Assembly (NCBI GenBank): GCA_963933215.1
Contig: CAWVSB010000007.1
Location: 50,773-114,772, forward strand
DNA length: 64,000 nt
Direction of reading: 5' to 3'
Source: an uncultured Cellvibrionales bacterium
Lineage (GTDB): Bacteria; Pseudomonadota; Gammaproteobacteria; Pseudomonadales; CAWVSB01
Part shown: in pieces, positions 54,401 through 64,000 of the stretch
How the letters are laid out: the number at the start of each line of letters is the position of its first letter
Numbering within the stretch: position 1 is the stretch's first letter
Notes under the pieces: model-generated
What the model was told of the DNA's origin: nothing
The model's input: the letters and a program-made list of their open reading frames with translations, nothing else
The model's database searches: none
Position numbers and translations under genes: made by a program

Positions 54401-56491
54401 CTAGCTTTGTAGTACTGATATGTCGGCAATTTGAATAAATTGCTGATTCAGCACGCGCAATAAATTAACCCGGTTAGTCCGCACTGCCATATCGTCATCC
54501 ATTACCATTACATCGTCAAAAAATGTATCGACGCTATCTTTTAACGCGGCCAATTTAGTTAGCGCGCTGGTGTACTCACGGTTTTGGGTAAGCTGTGAAA
54601 CATCGCTAGTCAGTGTCGAAATCAACTCAAACAAGTCTGTTTCAGCAGCTGAGTTAAATAACCCTACAGCTACATTAGCAACGGCAATATCACCGCCTTG
54701 CTTGGCCAAAATATTCTGCACCCGTTTATTAGCGGCGGCTAATGCAACGGCTTCTGGTAGGGCTCTAAAGCTTTGTACCGCCTGGATGCGCAAATAAAAA
54801 TCATAGGGATTATGCTCGCCGCTTGCTTTAATCGCCGCTTGCACCGCCATAACGGTATCAGCAGGAATATTCTGATCTTGGTAAATAGCGCGATATCTAT
54901 CCATGATGAAAGTATTGACCTCAGCCACTACATTGTCGTTGCTGATTTTCCCCGCTAAGCCATTTTTAGCCTCAACCAGTAAGCTATCAATATCTAACCC
55001 TAAAAACTGTTTTTCGCTGATGATACGGATAAAACCTAATACCGCGCGGCGTAGCGCAAACGGATCTTTAGAGCCTGATGGAATTTGATTAATGCCAAAA
55101 ATACCGACCAAAGTATCAAGGCGATCGGCCAAGGCCACCGCACACCCCGTCAGTGTTTCAGGCAGTTTGTCGCCAGCAAACTTAGGCAGGTATTGCTCGC
55201 GGATAGCGTTGGCTACCTCCACTGGCTCGCCATCATTTAGGGCATAATACATGCCAGCGATACCCTGCATTTTGTCGAACTCTAAAACCATGTCAGAAAC
55301 TAAATCGGCTTTGCATAAATAACCAGCGCGATGGGCGTAGTCGCTGTTGCCATTAATGTGTGCAGCTATATAGGCGGCTAGTTTCGATATGCGCTGAGTT
55401 TTTTCGTAAGTTGTGCCTAGTTGTTTTTGGAATACAACCGTTTTTAAACGCTCTACGCGGGTGTCTAAATTGGTTTTTTTATCAGTGGCGAAAAAGAAAG
55501 CGGCGTCATCTAAGCGCGGGCGAATGACTCGCTCGTTACCGTTGATCACTTGCGCCGGGTCTTTGCTTTCAATGTTAGCAACAGTAATAAAATTCGGCAT
55601 TAATTCGCCATTGGCGTCTTCAACATGAAAATACTTTTGATGTTCTTTCATCGATGAAATCAACGCTTCTGCTGGAACGTCTAAAAAGCGCTTTTCAAAG
55701 CTGCCGGTTAAGGCAACAGGCCATTCAACTAAGCCGGTAACCTCGTCTAATAAATCTTCGCCAATAACGGCGTGTCCGCCAATATTTTCGCCTTCAGCCT
55801 TAACTTGTGCAGCTACCATTGCTTGACGTACTTGATAGTCAACAATCACATAAGCGCTTTTAAGCACCGCTTCATAATCGGTCGCATTGTTAATAGTGAT
55901 ATCTTCATTGCAATGAAAGCGATGGCCGCGGCTTTTATTTCCAGACTCAATACCTAATATAGTTGCGGGGATAACATCGCTACCAAATAACATAACGACC
56001 CAGTGGGCAGGGCGAACAAACTCAGTACGGCTAGCACCCCAACGCATACGTTTTGCGATTGGCAGTTGGTCTAAAGCGTTTTGCACAATGCTAGGTAATA
56101 CATCAACCGCTTTGCTGCCGGATTGTGTGCTGCGGGCACAGAGCTTGTCCTGCTTGCCGTCGTTTTCAACTTTCAAGTCTTCTACAGCAACACCGTTTTT
56201 GTTAGCAAAGGCGATAGCTGCTTTGCCGGGTTTGCCGTCGTCATCAAAAGCGATTTTTGCTGGCGGACCCCAAGCAACGATTTCTTTTTCAGGGCTTTGC
56301 GCAGCCAAACCTTCAACCACAAATGCTAATCGGCGCGGCGCGGCTAATAACTCTTTACTGCTAGTAAAGCTTAATTCTGCCGCCGCAAGGCCAGCAGTAA
56401 TGGTTGCCGTAAAGCTTAGTGATAGTTTTTTTAGGGCTGTTGGTGGCAGCTCTTCTAGGCCAATCTCAACAATAAAATCTTGCGCGCTCAT
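54401..56491 (-). CDS. glyS: Glycine--tRNA ligase beta subunit
   Basis: 696 aa, starting [17 protein letters not shown]. Its start overlaps the glyQ stop by 1 nt (TAATG). Confidence 0.95.
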   Translation of the reverse strand: MSAQDFIVEIGLEELPPTALKKLSLSFTATITAGLAAAELSFTSSKELLAAPRRLAFVVEGLAAQSPEKEIVAWGPPAKIAFDDDGKPGKAAIAFANKNGVAVEDLKVENDGKQDKLCARSTQSGSKAVDVLPSIVQNALDQLPIAKRMRWGASRTEFVRPAHWVVMLFGSDVIPATILGIESGNKSRGHRFHCNEDITINNATDYEAVLKSAYVIVDYQVRQAMVAAQVKAEGENIGGHAVIGEDLLDEVTGLVEWPVALTGSFEKRFLDVPAEALISSMKEHQKYFHVEDANGELMPNFITVANIESKDPAQVINGNERVIRPRLDDAAFFFATDKKTNLDTRVERLKTVVFQKQLGTTYEKTQRISKLAAYIAAHINGNSDYAHRAGYLCKADLVSDMVLEFDKMQGIAGMYYALNDGEPVEVANAIREQYLPKFAGDKLPETLTGCAVALADRLDTLVGIFGINQIPSGSKDPFALRRAVLGFIRIISEKQFLGLDIDSLLVEAKNGLAGKISNDNVVAEVNTFIMDRYRAIYQDQNIPADTVMAVQAAIKASGEHNPYDFYLRIQAVQSFRALPEAVALAAANKRVQNILAKQGGDIAVANVAVGLFNSAAETDLFELISTLTSDVSQLTQNREYTSALTKLAALKDSVDTFFDDVMVMDDDMAVRTNRVNLLRVLNQQFIQIADISVLQS

Positions 56492-57456
56492 TATTTGGCC
56501 TCCTTACTAGCTTGCTTGGCAATGGTGGCTAGTGCTTCTTCGCGCAAATGTTCTGGCGCCAGTGGAAAGCCCAATTTGGCGCGGGTATCTAAATAGCTTT
56601 GCGCTACCGCGCGAGCAAGCGTTCTAACGCGTAAAATAAAACGCTGACGCTCGGTTACTGAAATCGCATGACGAGCATCAAGTAAATTAAATTGGTGCGA
56701 CGCTTTTAATACTTGCTCGTAAGCTGGCAACGGCAGCCCCGCTGCAATCAAATTTTGGCTGGCAGCCTCGCATTCGTCAAAGGCGGCAAACAATGCGGGC
56801 ACATTGGCATGCTCAAAATTGTAAGTAGATTGCTCTACTTCGTTTTGGTGGAATACATCGCCATAGGTGACGGGGCCATCGGGGCCATTAGTCCAAACCA
56901 AGTCGTAAACGCTGTCGACGCCTTGTAAGTACATGGCAATGCGCTCTAGACCGTAGGTGATTTCGCCGGTCACCGGATAGCATTCAAGCCCGCCAACTTG
57001 CTGAAAATAGGTGAACTGAGTGACTTCCATGCCGTTAAGCCAAATCTCCCAGCCTAAACCCCAAGCTCCTAGCGTGGGTGATTCCCAGTTGTCTTCTACA
57101 AAGCGAATATCGTGAATACCGGTATCGACGCCGAGGCGAGCTAGGGATCCAAGATACAATTCTTGAATATTAGCGGGCGATGGTTTCATCACTACTTGAA
57201 ATTGGTAGTAGTGTTGTAAACGGTTAGGGTTTTCGCCGTAGCGGCCATCGGTAGGACGGCGGCTAGGTTGTACATAGGCTGCATTCCAAGTCTCCGGGCC
57301 AATGGCGCGTAAAAAGGTACCCCAGTGGAAGGTGCCAGCACCGACTTCCATATCTAAAGGCTGCAAAATAACGCAGCCTTGCTCGGCCCAATATTCTTGC
57401 AAGGCTAAAATTAGCCCTTGGAATGTGCTTGTATCGGCCGTTTTAGAATCTGCCAC
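56491..57456 (-). CDS. glyQ: Glycine--tRNA ligase alpha subunit
   Basis: 321 aa containing [17 protein letters not shown]. Confidence 0.95.
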   Translation of the reverse strand: MADSKTADTSTFQGLILALQEYWAEQGCVILQPLDMEVGAGTFHWGTFLRAIGPETWNAAYVQPSRRPTDGRYGENPNRLQHYYQFQVVMKPSPANIQELYLGSLARLGVDTGIHDIRFVEDNWESPTLGAWGLGWEIWLNGMEVTQFTYFQQVGGLECYPVTGEITYGLERIAMYLQGVDSVYDLVWTNGPDGPVTYGDVFHQNEVEQSTYNFEHANVPALFAAFDECEAASQNLIAAGLPLPAYEQVLKASHQFNLLDARHAISVTERQRFILRVRTLARAVAQSYLDTRAKLGFPLAPEHLREEALATIAKQASKEAK

Positions 57457-57592
57457 CTGTAAACCCCTAAGATAGTCACGTAAAGCGCGGCATTATACAG
57501 GTACTTGGCCTTGCGCGGTAAGGGTTAGCGGGCAGTTTATTCGCCGCCAAAGTGTAGTCTTTGCGCCGATTGAGATACCATAGACAGCCTAT

Positions 57593-58507
57593 TTGTTGCT
57601 GTTATGGACCAATTCTGTGCTCGCTGCCCTAGTTAATTTTATTATTCGCCTTATCGCCCTTTTGCCTTTGGGGGTAGTACGTTTTATTGGCAGCATGATC
57701 GGTGCTCTCGCTTGGCTGTTTAATTCGTCAGTGACGAAAATCACCAGAAAAAATATTGAGCTATGTTTCCCTGGGCTATCAGCTAAAGAGCGGGCCAATT
57801 TAGTGCGTCGGTCGGTGATAGAAAGCGGTATTACCAGCATAGAGCTATTGAAAGTCTGGGGCACGCCGTGGGAAACCCTAGAAAGCAGTGTTGTTAACGT
57901 TTACGGGCACGAATTGGTCGAAGGTGCGGTGGCCGCAAACAAAGGGGTATTACTTATTGCGCCCCACTTAGGTAACTGGGAGGCTTTGGGTTATTACATT
58001 GCTAAAACGATTCAAGCGCCAACGATATTGTATAAACCACCAAAACGGCCAGAGCTAGAGTCAATTATTGTTGCTGCTCGAAGCAAACTGGGAACTAAAA
58101 TTGTCCCTACCAATGCGCGGGGCGTAATGGCAATTTATAAATCCTTGCGCAAAGGCGGGCTAACCGCCATTTTGCCAGACCAAGAACCGGATGATGATAA
58201 CTCTGGTCTGTTTGCTGATTTTTTTGGCCAGCCAGCATTCACCATGAAGTTGATACACAGCTTAGGGAATAAAAGCGGCAGTAAATTATTAATGACGGTG
58301 GCATTGCGAGTTGAAGGCGGTTTTGACATACATTTTATTGAGCCCGACGCAGACATGTACTCAAGTGATGAAGTCATCGCCGTTGCAGCACTTAACCGCA
58401 GTGTTGAGGCTGCGGTAATGATGGCTCCAGCTCAGTATCAATGGGACTATAAGCGCTTTAAAACTCAACCAGACGCTACGCTCAAACTATACAAAGGCGC
58501 TAAATAA
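57593..58507 (+). CDS. Lipid A biosynthesis (lauroyl/myristoyl) acyltransferase, LpxL/HtrB family
   Basis: 304 aa with an apparent TTG start, the HLGNWE motif and an N-terminal membrane anchor. Confidence 0.8.
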   Translation: MLLLWTNSVLAALVNFIIRLIALLPLGVVRFIGSMIGALAWLFNSSVTKITRKNIELCFPGLSAKERANLVRRSVIESGITSIELLKVWGTPWETLESSVVNVYGHELVEGAVAANKGVLLIAPHLGNWEALGYYIAKTIQAPTILYKPPKRPELESIIVAARSKLGTKIVPTNARGVMAIYKSLRKGGLTAILPDQEPDDDNSGLFADFFGQPAFTMKLIHSLGNKSGSKLLMTVALRVEGGFDIHFIEPDADMYSSDEVIAVAALNRSVEAAVMMAPAQYQWDYKRFKTQPDATLKLYKGAK

Positions 58508-58509
58508 AT

Positions 58510-59982
58510 ATGAGTTATCAGTTTAACGAAACCCTAGATAACCCTATTCCAACTTATGATGGCGATAAGTTTTTGGCGGGGCTAGCGCAGATTGTTGACA
58601 GTGATGTGCTGTTAACAACAGCAGAACAATTAGCCCCATTTGAAAGCGATGGCTTGTCTATGTATCGCCAACAACCATTCGCTGCTGTGCTACCCAATAC
58701 AATTGAGCAAGTGCAAAAAATACTGCAATTGTGCGATGCGATGAACGTGCCGGTGGTAACTCGCGGCGCAGGTACGGGTTTATCGGGCGGTGCCCTGCCG
58801 TTTGCCCATTGTTTGCTGCTGGTGATGAGTAAGTTTGACCAAATAATAAATATCGATGCCAAGAACAACTGCGCGGTGGTGCAACCGGGGGTGAGAAACC
58901 TAGCTATATCAGAAGCGGTTAGTTCGCTGGGCTTATATTATGCCCCCGACCCTTCTTCTCAAATTGCCTGTTCCATAGGCGGCAATGTGGCAGAAAACGC
59001 CGGTGGCGTGCACTGCCTAAAATACGGCTTAACCGTGCATAATTTAATGGCGATTAAAGCCTTTACCATTAGTGGTGAAGCCGTTGAACTTGGCGGCAGT
59101 GGTTTAGATTCAGCAGGCTTAGATTTAATGGCCTTACTAACAGGCTCTGAAGGTTTACTGGCGGTGATTACCGAAATTACTGTTAAGCTGCTAGCCAAGC
59201 CCTTAACCACCAAAACCTTACTTGTAGCGTTTGACTCTATTGATAAAGCCAGCGACGGCGTAGGCCAAATCATCGCCGCAGGCGTTATTCCGGCGGGCTT
59301 AGAAATGATGGACAGCTTGGCGATTCAGGCCGCAGAAGACTTTGCTCAAGTTGGTTACCCAAGAGATGCCAAGGCAATTTTATTAGTCGAGCTAGACGGT
59401 TTTACAGAATCGGTAGATGAAGAATTAGAACTGGTTAATCAGGTGTTAATGACTGCGGGCGCCACCTCTATTCGTTTAGCAAAAGATGACGCCGAGCGTG
59501 CGCAATTTTGGCTGGGTAGAAAGTCAGCTTTCCCCGCCGTAGGGCGTTTAGCCCCCGACTATTATTGTATGGACGGTACTATTCCTCGGCGTGAGCTGGC
59601 CAATGTGCTGAATTATATCCATGAGCTGTCTGAATTTTATGATCTAAAGGTGGCCAATGTTTTTCATGCCGGCGATGGCAACTTACACCCGCTAATTTTA
59701 TTTGATAGCAGTAAACCAGAGAGTGTTGCTAATGCCGAAGAGTTTGGCGCAAAAATATTGGAAAAATGTACAGCCGTTGGCGGCACCATAACCGGTGAGC
59801 ATGGCGTTGGCCGCGAAAAGCTAAACCAAATGGCAGTACAGTTTACTGATGCAGAAATCGCCCAGCTGCAAGCGGTAAAAAGTGCGATTGATGACAAGGG
59901 CTTATTAAACCCTGGCAAATTAATCCCCACCTTGCGGCGCTGCCAAGAGTATCGCGCTATAAATGCGGGTGCTGGCAAATGA
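58510..59982 (+). CDS. glcD: Glycolate oxidase FAD-linked subunit GlcD
   Basis: 490 aa with a PCMH-type FAD-binding domain (RGAGTGLSGGA). ATGA overlap with glcE. Confidence 0.9.
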   Translation: MSYQFNETLDNPIPTYDGDKFLAGLAQIVDSDVLLTTAEQLAPFESDGLSMYRQQPFAAVLPNTIEQVQKILQLCDAMNVPVVTRGAGTGLSGGALPFAHCLLLVMSKFDQIINIDAKNNCAVVQPGVRNLAISEAVSSLGLYYAPDPSSQIACSIGGNVAENAGGVHCLKYGLTVHNLMAIKAFTISGEAVELGGSGLDSAGLDLMALLTGSEGLLAVITEITVKLLAKPLTTKTLLVAFDSIDKASDGVGQIIAAGVIPAGLEMMDSLAIQAAEDFAQVGYPRDAKAILLVELDGFTESVDEELELVNQVLMTAGATSIRLAKDDAERAQFWLGRKSAFPAVGRLAPDYYCMDGTIPRRELANVLNYIHELSEFYDLKVANVFHAGDGNLHPLILFDSSKPESVANAEEFGAKILEKCTAVGGTITGEHGVGREKLNQMAVQFTDAEIAQLQAVKSAIDDKGLLNPGKLIPTLRRCQEYRAINAGAGK

Positions 59983-61049
59983 GTGATGGTCTAGCCCAAG
60001 AGTTTGCAGAAAAAGTAAAAACCGCCGCCGCTAATAACCAAACATTAGCGATTGTCGGTGGTGGCACTAAAGCATTTTACGTCCAACCCAAAGCCGATGG
60101 CGAAGTAAATCTGGGCGCTTATAGCGGCATTGTAGATTACGACCCACGTGAGTTAGTGGTTACGGTAAAAGCAGGCACAAAACTAAGTGAGCTACAAAAA
60201 GTACTAGCAGAAAACGGCCAAATGTTGGCTTGTGAAAGCCCAGCTTTTGGAGGGGACGCAACCATAGGCGGCACAGTTGCGTGCGCTTTTTCTGGCCCAC
60301 GCAGAGCTTATACTGCAGCCCTGCGAGACTATGTGCTAGGCGTAAAAATGATAAACGGTCAAGGCGAAATATTACGTCTTGGCGGCCAGGTAATGAAAAA
60401 CGTGGCAGGTTTTGATGTACCAAGATTGCTATGCGGGTCATTAGGTAGCCTAGGTATTATTCTAGAAGTGTCACTAAAAGTATTACCCCTCCCCCATGGC
60501 GAGAAAACACTAGTACATGAAATGCCAATGGGCTTTGCGGTGGGAAAAACACACCAAGCGTTGCAGGCAGGCTTGCCCGTTACCGGTTCAGCTTATGACA
60601 ACGGCAAGCTTTATTTGCGTATTAGCGGCGGCGAGAAAACACTAGCCAGTGTTAGCAGCATCATCGGTGGCGACCAAGTAAGTGATGATGCCAGCAATAC
60701 ATTTTGGCAGCAGCTTAAAGAGCAGCAACTAGATTTTTTCGATACTGATTTACCGCTATGGCGGGTATCGCTAGCTGCCAATGCCTCAGTGGATGAGCTA
60801 GGCGACCAACTATTTGATTGGGGCGGAATGCTGCGTTGGATCAAAACTGATTGCGATGCCCAGCAAGTTTTTGACATGGCAAAATTAAACGGCGGCCATG
60901 CGAGTTTATTTCGTCATCCAGCCAATCAAAGCACTATGAATAGACATCAACCCTTATCTGGCGTGCAAAGCCAATGGCATCAGCGGTTAAAAGCAGCGTT
61001 TGATTCTGCCAATATTTTTAACCCTAACTTATCTTTTGTGGGGGCGTAA
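59979..61049 (+). CDS. glcE: Glycolate oxidase subunit GlcE
   Basis: 356-aa FAD-binding domain protein positioned between glcD and glcF. Confidence 0.85.
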   Translation: MSDGLAQEFAEKVKTAAANNQTLAIVGGGTKAFYVQPKADGEVNLGAYSGIVDYDPRELVVTVKAGTKLSELQKVLAENGQMLACESPAFGGDATIGGTVACAFSGPRRAYTAALRDYVLGVKMINGQGEILRLGGQVMKNVAGFDVPRLLCGSLGSLGIILEVSLKVLPLPHGEKTLVHEMPMGFAVGKTHQALQAGLPVTGSAYDNGKLYLRISGGEKTLASVSSIIGGDQVSDDASNTFWQQLKEQQLDFFDTDLPLWRVSLAANASVDELGDQLFDWGGMLRWIKTDCDAQQVFDMAKLNGGHASLFRHPANQSTMNRHQPLSGVQSQWHQRLKAAFDSANIFNPNLSFVGA

Positions 61050-62267
61050 ATGCAGCCAGATTTTAGCCAAGCATTTTTAGCCACCGATGATGGCAAAGAA
61101 GCCGAGCGTATTTTAAATGCCTGTGTGCATTGTGGTTTTTGTACCGCTACCTGCCCTACTTATCAGTTAGATGCCAACGAGTTAGACAGCCCCCGCGGTC
61201 GTATTTATTTGATTAAAGAAATGCTGGAAGACAAGCCAGTAACAGATGTTACCCAAACACATTTAGACCGTTGTTTAAGTTGCCAGTCTTGCGAGACAAC
61301 CTGCCCGTCGGGAGTGGAATACCACAAGCTATTAAACATAGGCCGCAAACGGCTAGATGATTTAGGGCTGCGCCCAACCCACCAAAAAGTTATACGCTGG
61401 CTAATTGGTACCTTTATGCCCAAGCGTAGTTTGTTTGGGTTTATGCTGGGCGTCGGTCAATTCTTTCGCCCTGTATTGCCCACTATATTAAAAAACGTAG
61501 TACCAGTAAAAATTGATGCCGGCCAATTGCCAGCCAATAAGCATGGCAACAAAGTTGTCTTAATGCAGGGTTGCGTGCAGCCCGCAATGAACCCAAATAT
61601 AAACGCCGCTACAGTCAGAGTGCTAGACAAGCTTAATGTCGAAACCATTTTTGCCGCAGGCGAATCTTGCTGCGGCGCGCTTAACTATCATTTAGACCAA
61701 CAACAACAAGGGCTAAATTTAGCAAGAAAAAACATCGATTTATGGTGTGAGCATTTAGATAACGGCGCACAAGCCTTAGTTATTAATGCCAGCGGCTGCG
61801 GTAACTTTGTTAATGAATATGCCGACTTACTAAAACATGATGATAGCTATGCAGCTAAAGCATCACGCGTGGTTGCCCATACCAAAGACATTGGCGAGTA
61901 CCTAGCCAGTCTTAATGTTAAACCTTTAGCAGATGCTGAAGGAGTAAAGGTAGCTTTTCATAGCCCCTGTACTTTGCGTCACGGTTTAAAACAGCATGAA
62001 GTGGTGGAGCGCTTATTAACAAACTGGGGATTTGATTTAACTGCAGTACAAGACCCGCACCTGTGTTGTGGCTCTGCCGGTACCTATTCTTTACTGCAAC
62101 CCGAGCGGGCAACAAAACTGCGCACTAAAAAACTAGCCGCATTAAATATAGGTGCGCCAGAACTTATTGCTACGGCTAATATTGGCTGCCAAAGCCACTT
62201 GCAAAGCGGCAGCGAATTACCAGTACGACATTGGGTAGAAATACTAGATACTTTGTTAACTAAATAA
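61050..62267 (+). CDS. glcF: Glycolate oxidase iron-sulfur subunit GlcF
   Basis: 405 aa with two 4Fe-4S motifs, CVHCGFCTATCP and CLSCQSCETTCP. Confidence 0.9.
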   Translation: MQPDFSQAFLATDDGKEAERILNACVHCGFCTATCPTYQLDANELDSPRGRIYLIKEMLEDKPVTDVTQTHLDRCLSCQSCETTCPSGVEYHKLLNIGRKRLDDLGLRPTHQKVIRWLIGTFMPKRSLFGFMLGVGQFFRPVLPTILKNVVPVKIDAGQLPANKHGNKVVLMQGCVQPAMNPNINAATVRVLDKLNVETIFAAGESCCGALNYHLDQQQQGLNLARKNIDLWCEHLDNGAQALVINASGCGNFVNEYADLLKHDDSYAAKASRVVAHTKDIGEYLASLNVKPLADAEGVKVAFHSPCTLRHGLKQHEVVERLLTNWGFDLTAVQDPHLCCGSAGTYSLLQPERATKLRTKKLAALNIGAPELIATANIGCQSHLQSGSELPVRHWVEILDTLLTK

Positions 62268-62301
62268 TAATTGATAAAAGCAAGTTTGAGGGAGAATAAA
62301 A

Positions 62302-62949
62302 ATGAGACTGATAAAAAATGGTTTAGTGATTGCTGCTGTAGTGTTGCTAGCAGGCTGTGAGTCAACTTATTACAGCGCGATGGAAAGCATAGGCTCTCAC
62401 AAACGCGATATATTAGTAGACCGCATTGAAGACACCCAAGAAGCACAAGAAGACACTCAGCAGCAGTTTAAAGATGCATTGGAGCAGTATCGCTCAATAG
62501 TGCAATTTGACGGTGGCGACCTACAAAGTATGTACAACAAGCTCAACAGCGAGTTTGAAGACAGTGAATCTGCAGCGCAAGGTATAACTGACCATATTGA
62601 TAGTGTCGAAAATGTCGCACAAGCGTTGTTCACCGAGTGGAATGAAGAGCTAAAACTTTACACCAACGCAAGCCTGCGCCGCGAAATGCAGTCTAAATTA
62701 ACGACGACTAAGCGCGAGTATTCACAAATGCTAGCCGCTATGCGCAAAGCAGAAAAAAGCACTGTGCCAGTATTAAATTCAATGCGTGATCAAGTGCTGT
62801 ATTTAAAACATAGCTTAAATGCCAGAGCCATCGCCTCAATTAAAGGCGAGCTTGCCGCAATAGATTCAGACGTAAGTCGTCTAATCGCCAATATGCAAAA
62901 ATCAATTGATGAGTCGAATCGTTTTATAGCGAAGATAAAGGATCAGTAG
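62302..62949 (+). CDS. DUF2959 family lipoprotein
   Basis: 215 aa with the lipobox LLAGC. The rest is a coiled-coil-like sequence with YYSAMESIGSHKRDILVDR, typical of DUF2959. Confidence 0.7.
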   Translation: MRLIKNGLVIAAVVLLAGCESTYYSAMESIGSHKRDILVDRIEDTQEAQEDTQQQFKDALEQYRSIVQFDGGDLQSMYNKLNSEFEDSESAAQGITDHIDSVENVAQALFTEWNEELKLYTNASLRREMQSKLTTTKREYSQMLAAMRKAEKSTVPVLNSMRDQVLYLKHSLNARAIASIKGELAAIDSDVSRLIANMQKSIDESNRFIAKIKDQ

Positions 62950-63031
62950 GACTGGGGAGTTTAAATAACTGACCTTATTTCTAAGGCTCGCCAGTTAGGC
63001 CATCTTGAATAAACTAAATAGTAGTTTTGAC

Positions 63032-63244
63032 ATGGAGCACATGCTTTACGTGCTCATTATGTTTTGTATGTTTGGGCTTTGGGTGAGCTGGAGGGGATTT
63101 TATTCTGCATATATAGAATTAGAGCCTAAAAAAGTAAAGTTTGTAGCTGATGCTACTTTTACATCTGGATCTAACAGAAATACAGCATTATTATTTAAGC
63201 GAAATAATAAAACTCGAGTAATGATATTAAATGAAATGAAATGA
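63032..63244 (+). CDS. Hypothetical small membrane protein (low-GC islet)
   Basis: ORF 63005..63244 with an ATG at 63032 and one N-terminal TM segment (MLYVLIMFCMFGLWVSW). I recognise no family. Confidence 0.35.
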   Translation: MEHMLYVLIMFCMFGLWVSWRGFYSAYIELEPKKVKFVADATFTSGSNRNTALLFKRNNKTRVMILNEMK

Positions 63245-63245
63245 A

Positions 63246-63530
63246 ATGGAATTAGAAAATGAGGAAGTTCGACTCTTAGTAAATTTGAACCAAGATTGTG
63301 TTGTTACTGAAGGCTATGATACTTATATTTATAATTACGTAGCGTTAGAAATTACTTCGTGTTCTGGTAAAAAGATTTTTGAGCGGAGTAATGCGTGGTA
63401 CGTGGCAAACTATAGAACTTTTTCCATATACGACAAAGCAGGGTTGGCTTTTTCGTTAATAGGTTTGTTCATCTGCCTTTACAATTTTAAAAAAATAAGG
63501 CAAGAACGGATAAGTGCACCGCTACCCTAG
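63246..63530 (+). CDS. Hypothetical small membrane protein (low-GC islet)
   Basis: 94 aa with one C-terminal TM segment (LAFSLIGLFICLY). The start lies 1 nt after the preceding stop. I recognise no family. Confidence 0.35.
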   Translation: MELENEEVRLLVNLNQDCVVTEGYDTYIYNYVALEITSCSGKKIFERSNAWYVANYRTFSIYDKAGLAFSLIGLFICLYNFKKIRQERISAPLP

Positions 63531-64000
63531 AGCGTAGTAATTTCATTCTGCTTACTAACCAATAAATCCCAAACCTGATCCGCAGCAATAGCTTTTAAGC
63601 ATTGCGCTTGCGGACCAACGTATCCTTCTACCGCACATTGTTTTTTATAACAGGGCATACAAGGGAATACTTTGTCGTAGATATGGGCAGAGTGGTCGCC
63701 GTAGGCGCCAATCAGCGCTGGGTCAGTTGGGCCGTATAAAGTCACCATGGGTACATTAAGGGCGGCGCCAATATGGGCAAGGCCAGTATCCATACAAACA
63801 GCGCCGGCGCTACGTTTAAATACTGCGCCAATATCTGTTAACGATAAGCGCGGTAATACACTGGCGTGGTCATGTTTTTCAGCTAGGTTTTCGGCCTGGT
63901 GTTTTTCTTCTGCACTACCCCATGGCAGCACCACTTGAAAGCCTTCTAGCTTGGCGCGAATAAGTAAATCATGCCAATTACTATCATCCCATTGTTTTGT
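63527..64000 (-). CDS. waaC: Lipopolysaccharide heptosyltransferase I (GT9), 3-prime portion; the N-terminus lies beyond the window
   Basis: The frame stays open to the window edge. LPWGSAEEK...VCMDTGLAHIGAALNVPMVTLYGPTDP resembles the WaaC/RfaC C-terminus. Confidence 0.7.
   Translation of the reverse strand, partial: TKQWDDSNWHDLLIRAKLEGFQVVLPWGSAEEKHQAENLAEKHDHASVLPRLSLTDIGAVFKRSAGAVCMDTGLAHIGAALNVPMVTLYGPTDPALIGAYGDHSAHIYDKVFPCMPCYKKQCAVEGYVGPQAQCLKAIAADQVWDLLVSKQNEITTL

Noticed and set aside
62084-62446. A 120-aa minus-strand ORF spanning the glcF end and the DUF2959 gene start.
   Set aside because: It overlaps two well-supported plus-strand genes and has no recognisable features.

Overview
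This window covers the chromosomal replication-origin neighbourhood of a moderately AT-rich gammaproteobacterium, and its gene order matches Pseudomonas. All calls are by eye from the sequence and ORF track; no database search was run. On the minus strand run glmS-glmU, atpCDGAHFEBI, parB-parA, rsmG-mnmG, then mnmE-yidC-yidD-rnpA-rpmH. These diverge at a 472-bp spacer (34227-34698) rich in DnaA boxes from dnaA-dnaN-recF-gyrB on the plus strand. Gene orientation flips exactly at this spacer, so it is the best oriC candidate. Two parS sites, one a perfect palindrome, lie inside recF. A second AT-rich spacer with one perfect DnaA box sits upstream of mnmG. A seven-repeat FG-GAP lipoprotein gene is wedged between mnmE and mnmG. 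The left flank (0-13 kb) holds an ACAD-fold monooxygenase, yaaA plus a DUF938 methyltransferase, an M48-TPR protease, a TRAP transporter with an embedded YciA thioesterase, uvrD, a HexR-like regulator, a DUF385 oxidoreductase and an uncharacterised secreted protein. Between gyrB and the conserved plsC-gmhB-glyS-glyQ block lies about 12 kb of accessory genes. These are a LysE exporter, a frameshift-split 7TMR-DISM diguanylate cyclase, a BASS symporter, and a three-gene DUF1499 / small HCxxC protein / His-Asp-Glu-rich TonB receptor operon. The block also holds CBS and Prx5 genes, a serine hydrolase, and an S41 peptidase lipoprotein with a coupled small lipoprotein. The right end carries an lpxL-family gene, glcDEF, a DUF2959 lipoprotein, a low-GC islet with two tiny membrane ORFs, and partial waaC. 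I recognised no IS element, integrase, prophage, CRISPR array, tRNA or rRNA gene. I found no clear-cut novel multi-gene system; the TonB-receptor trio and the origin-embedded FG-GAP lipoprotein are the most promising candidates.
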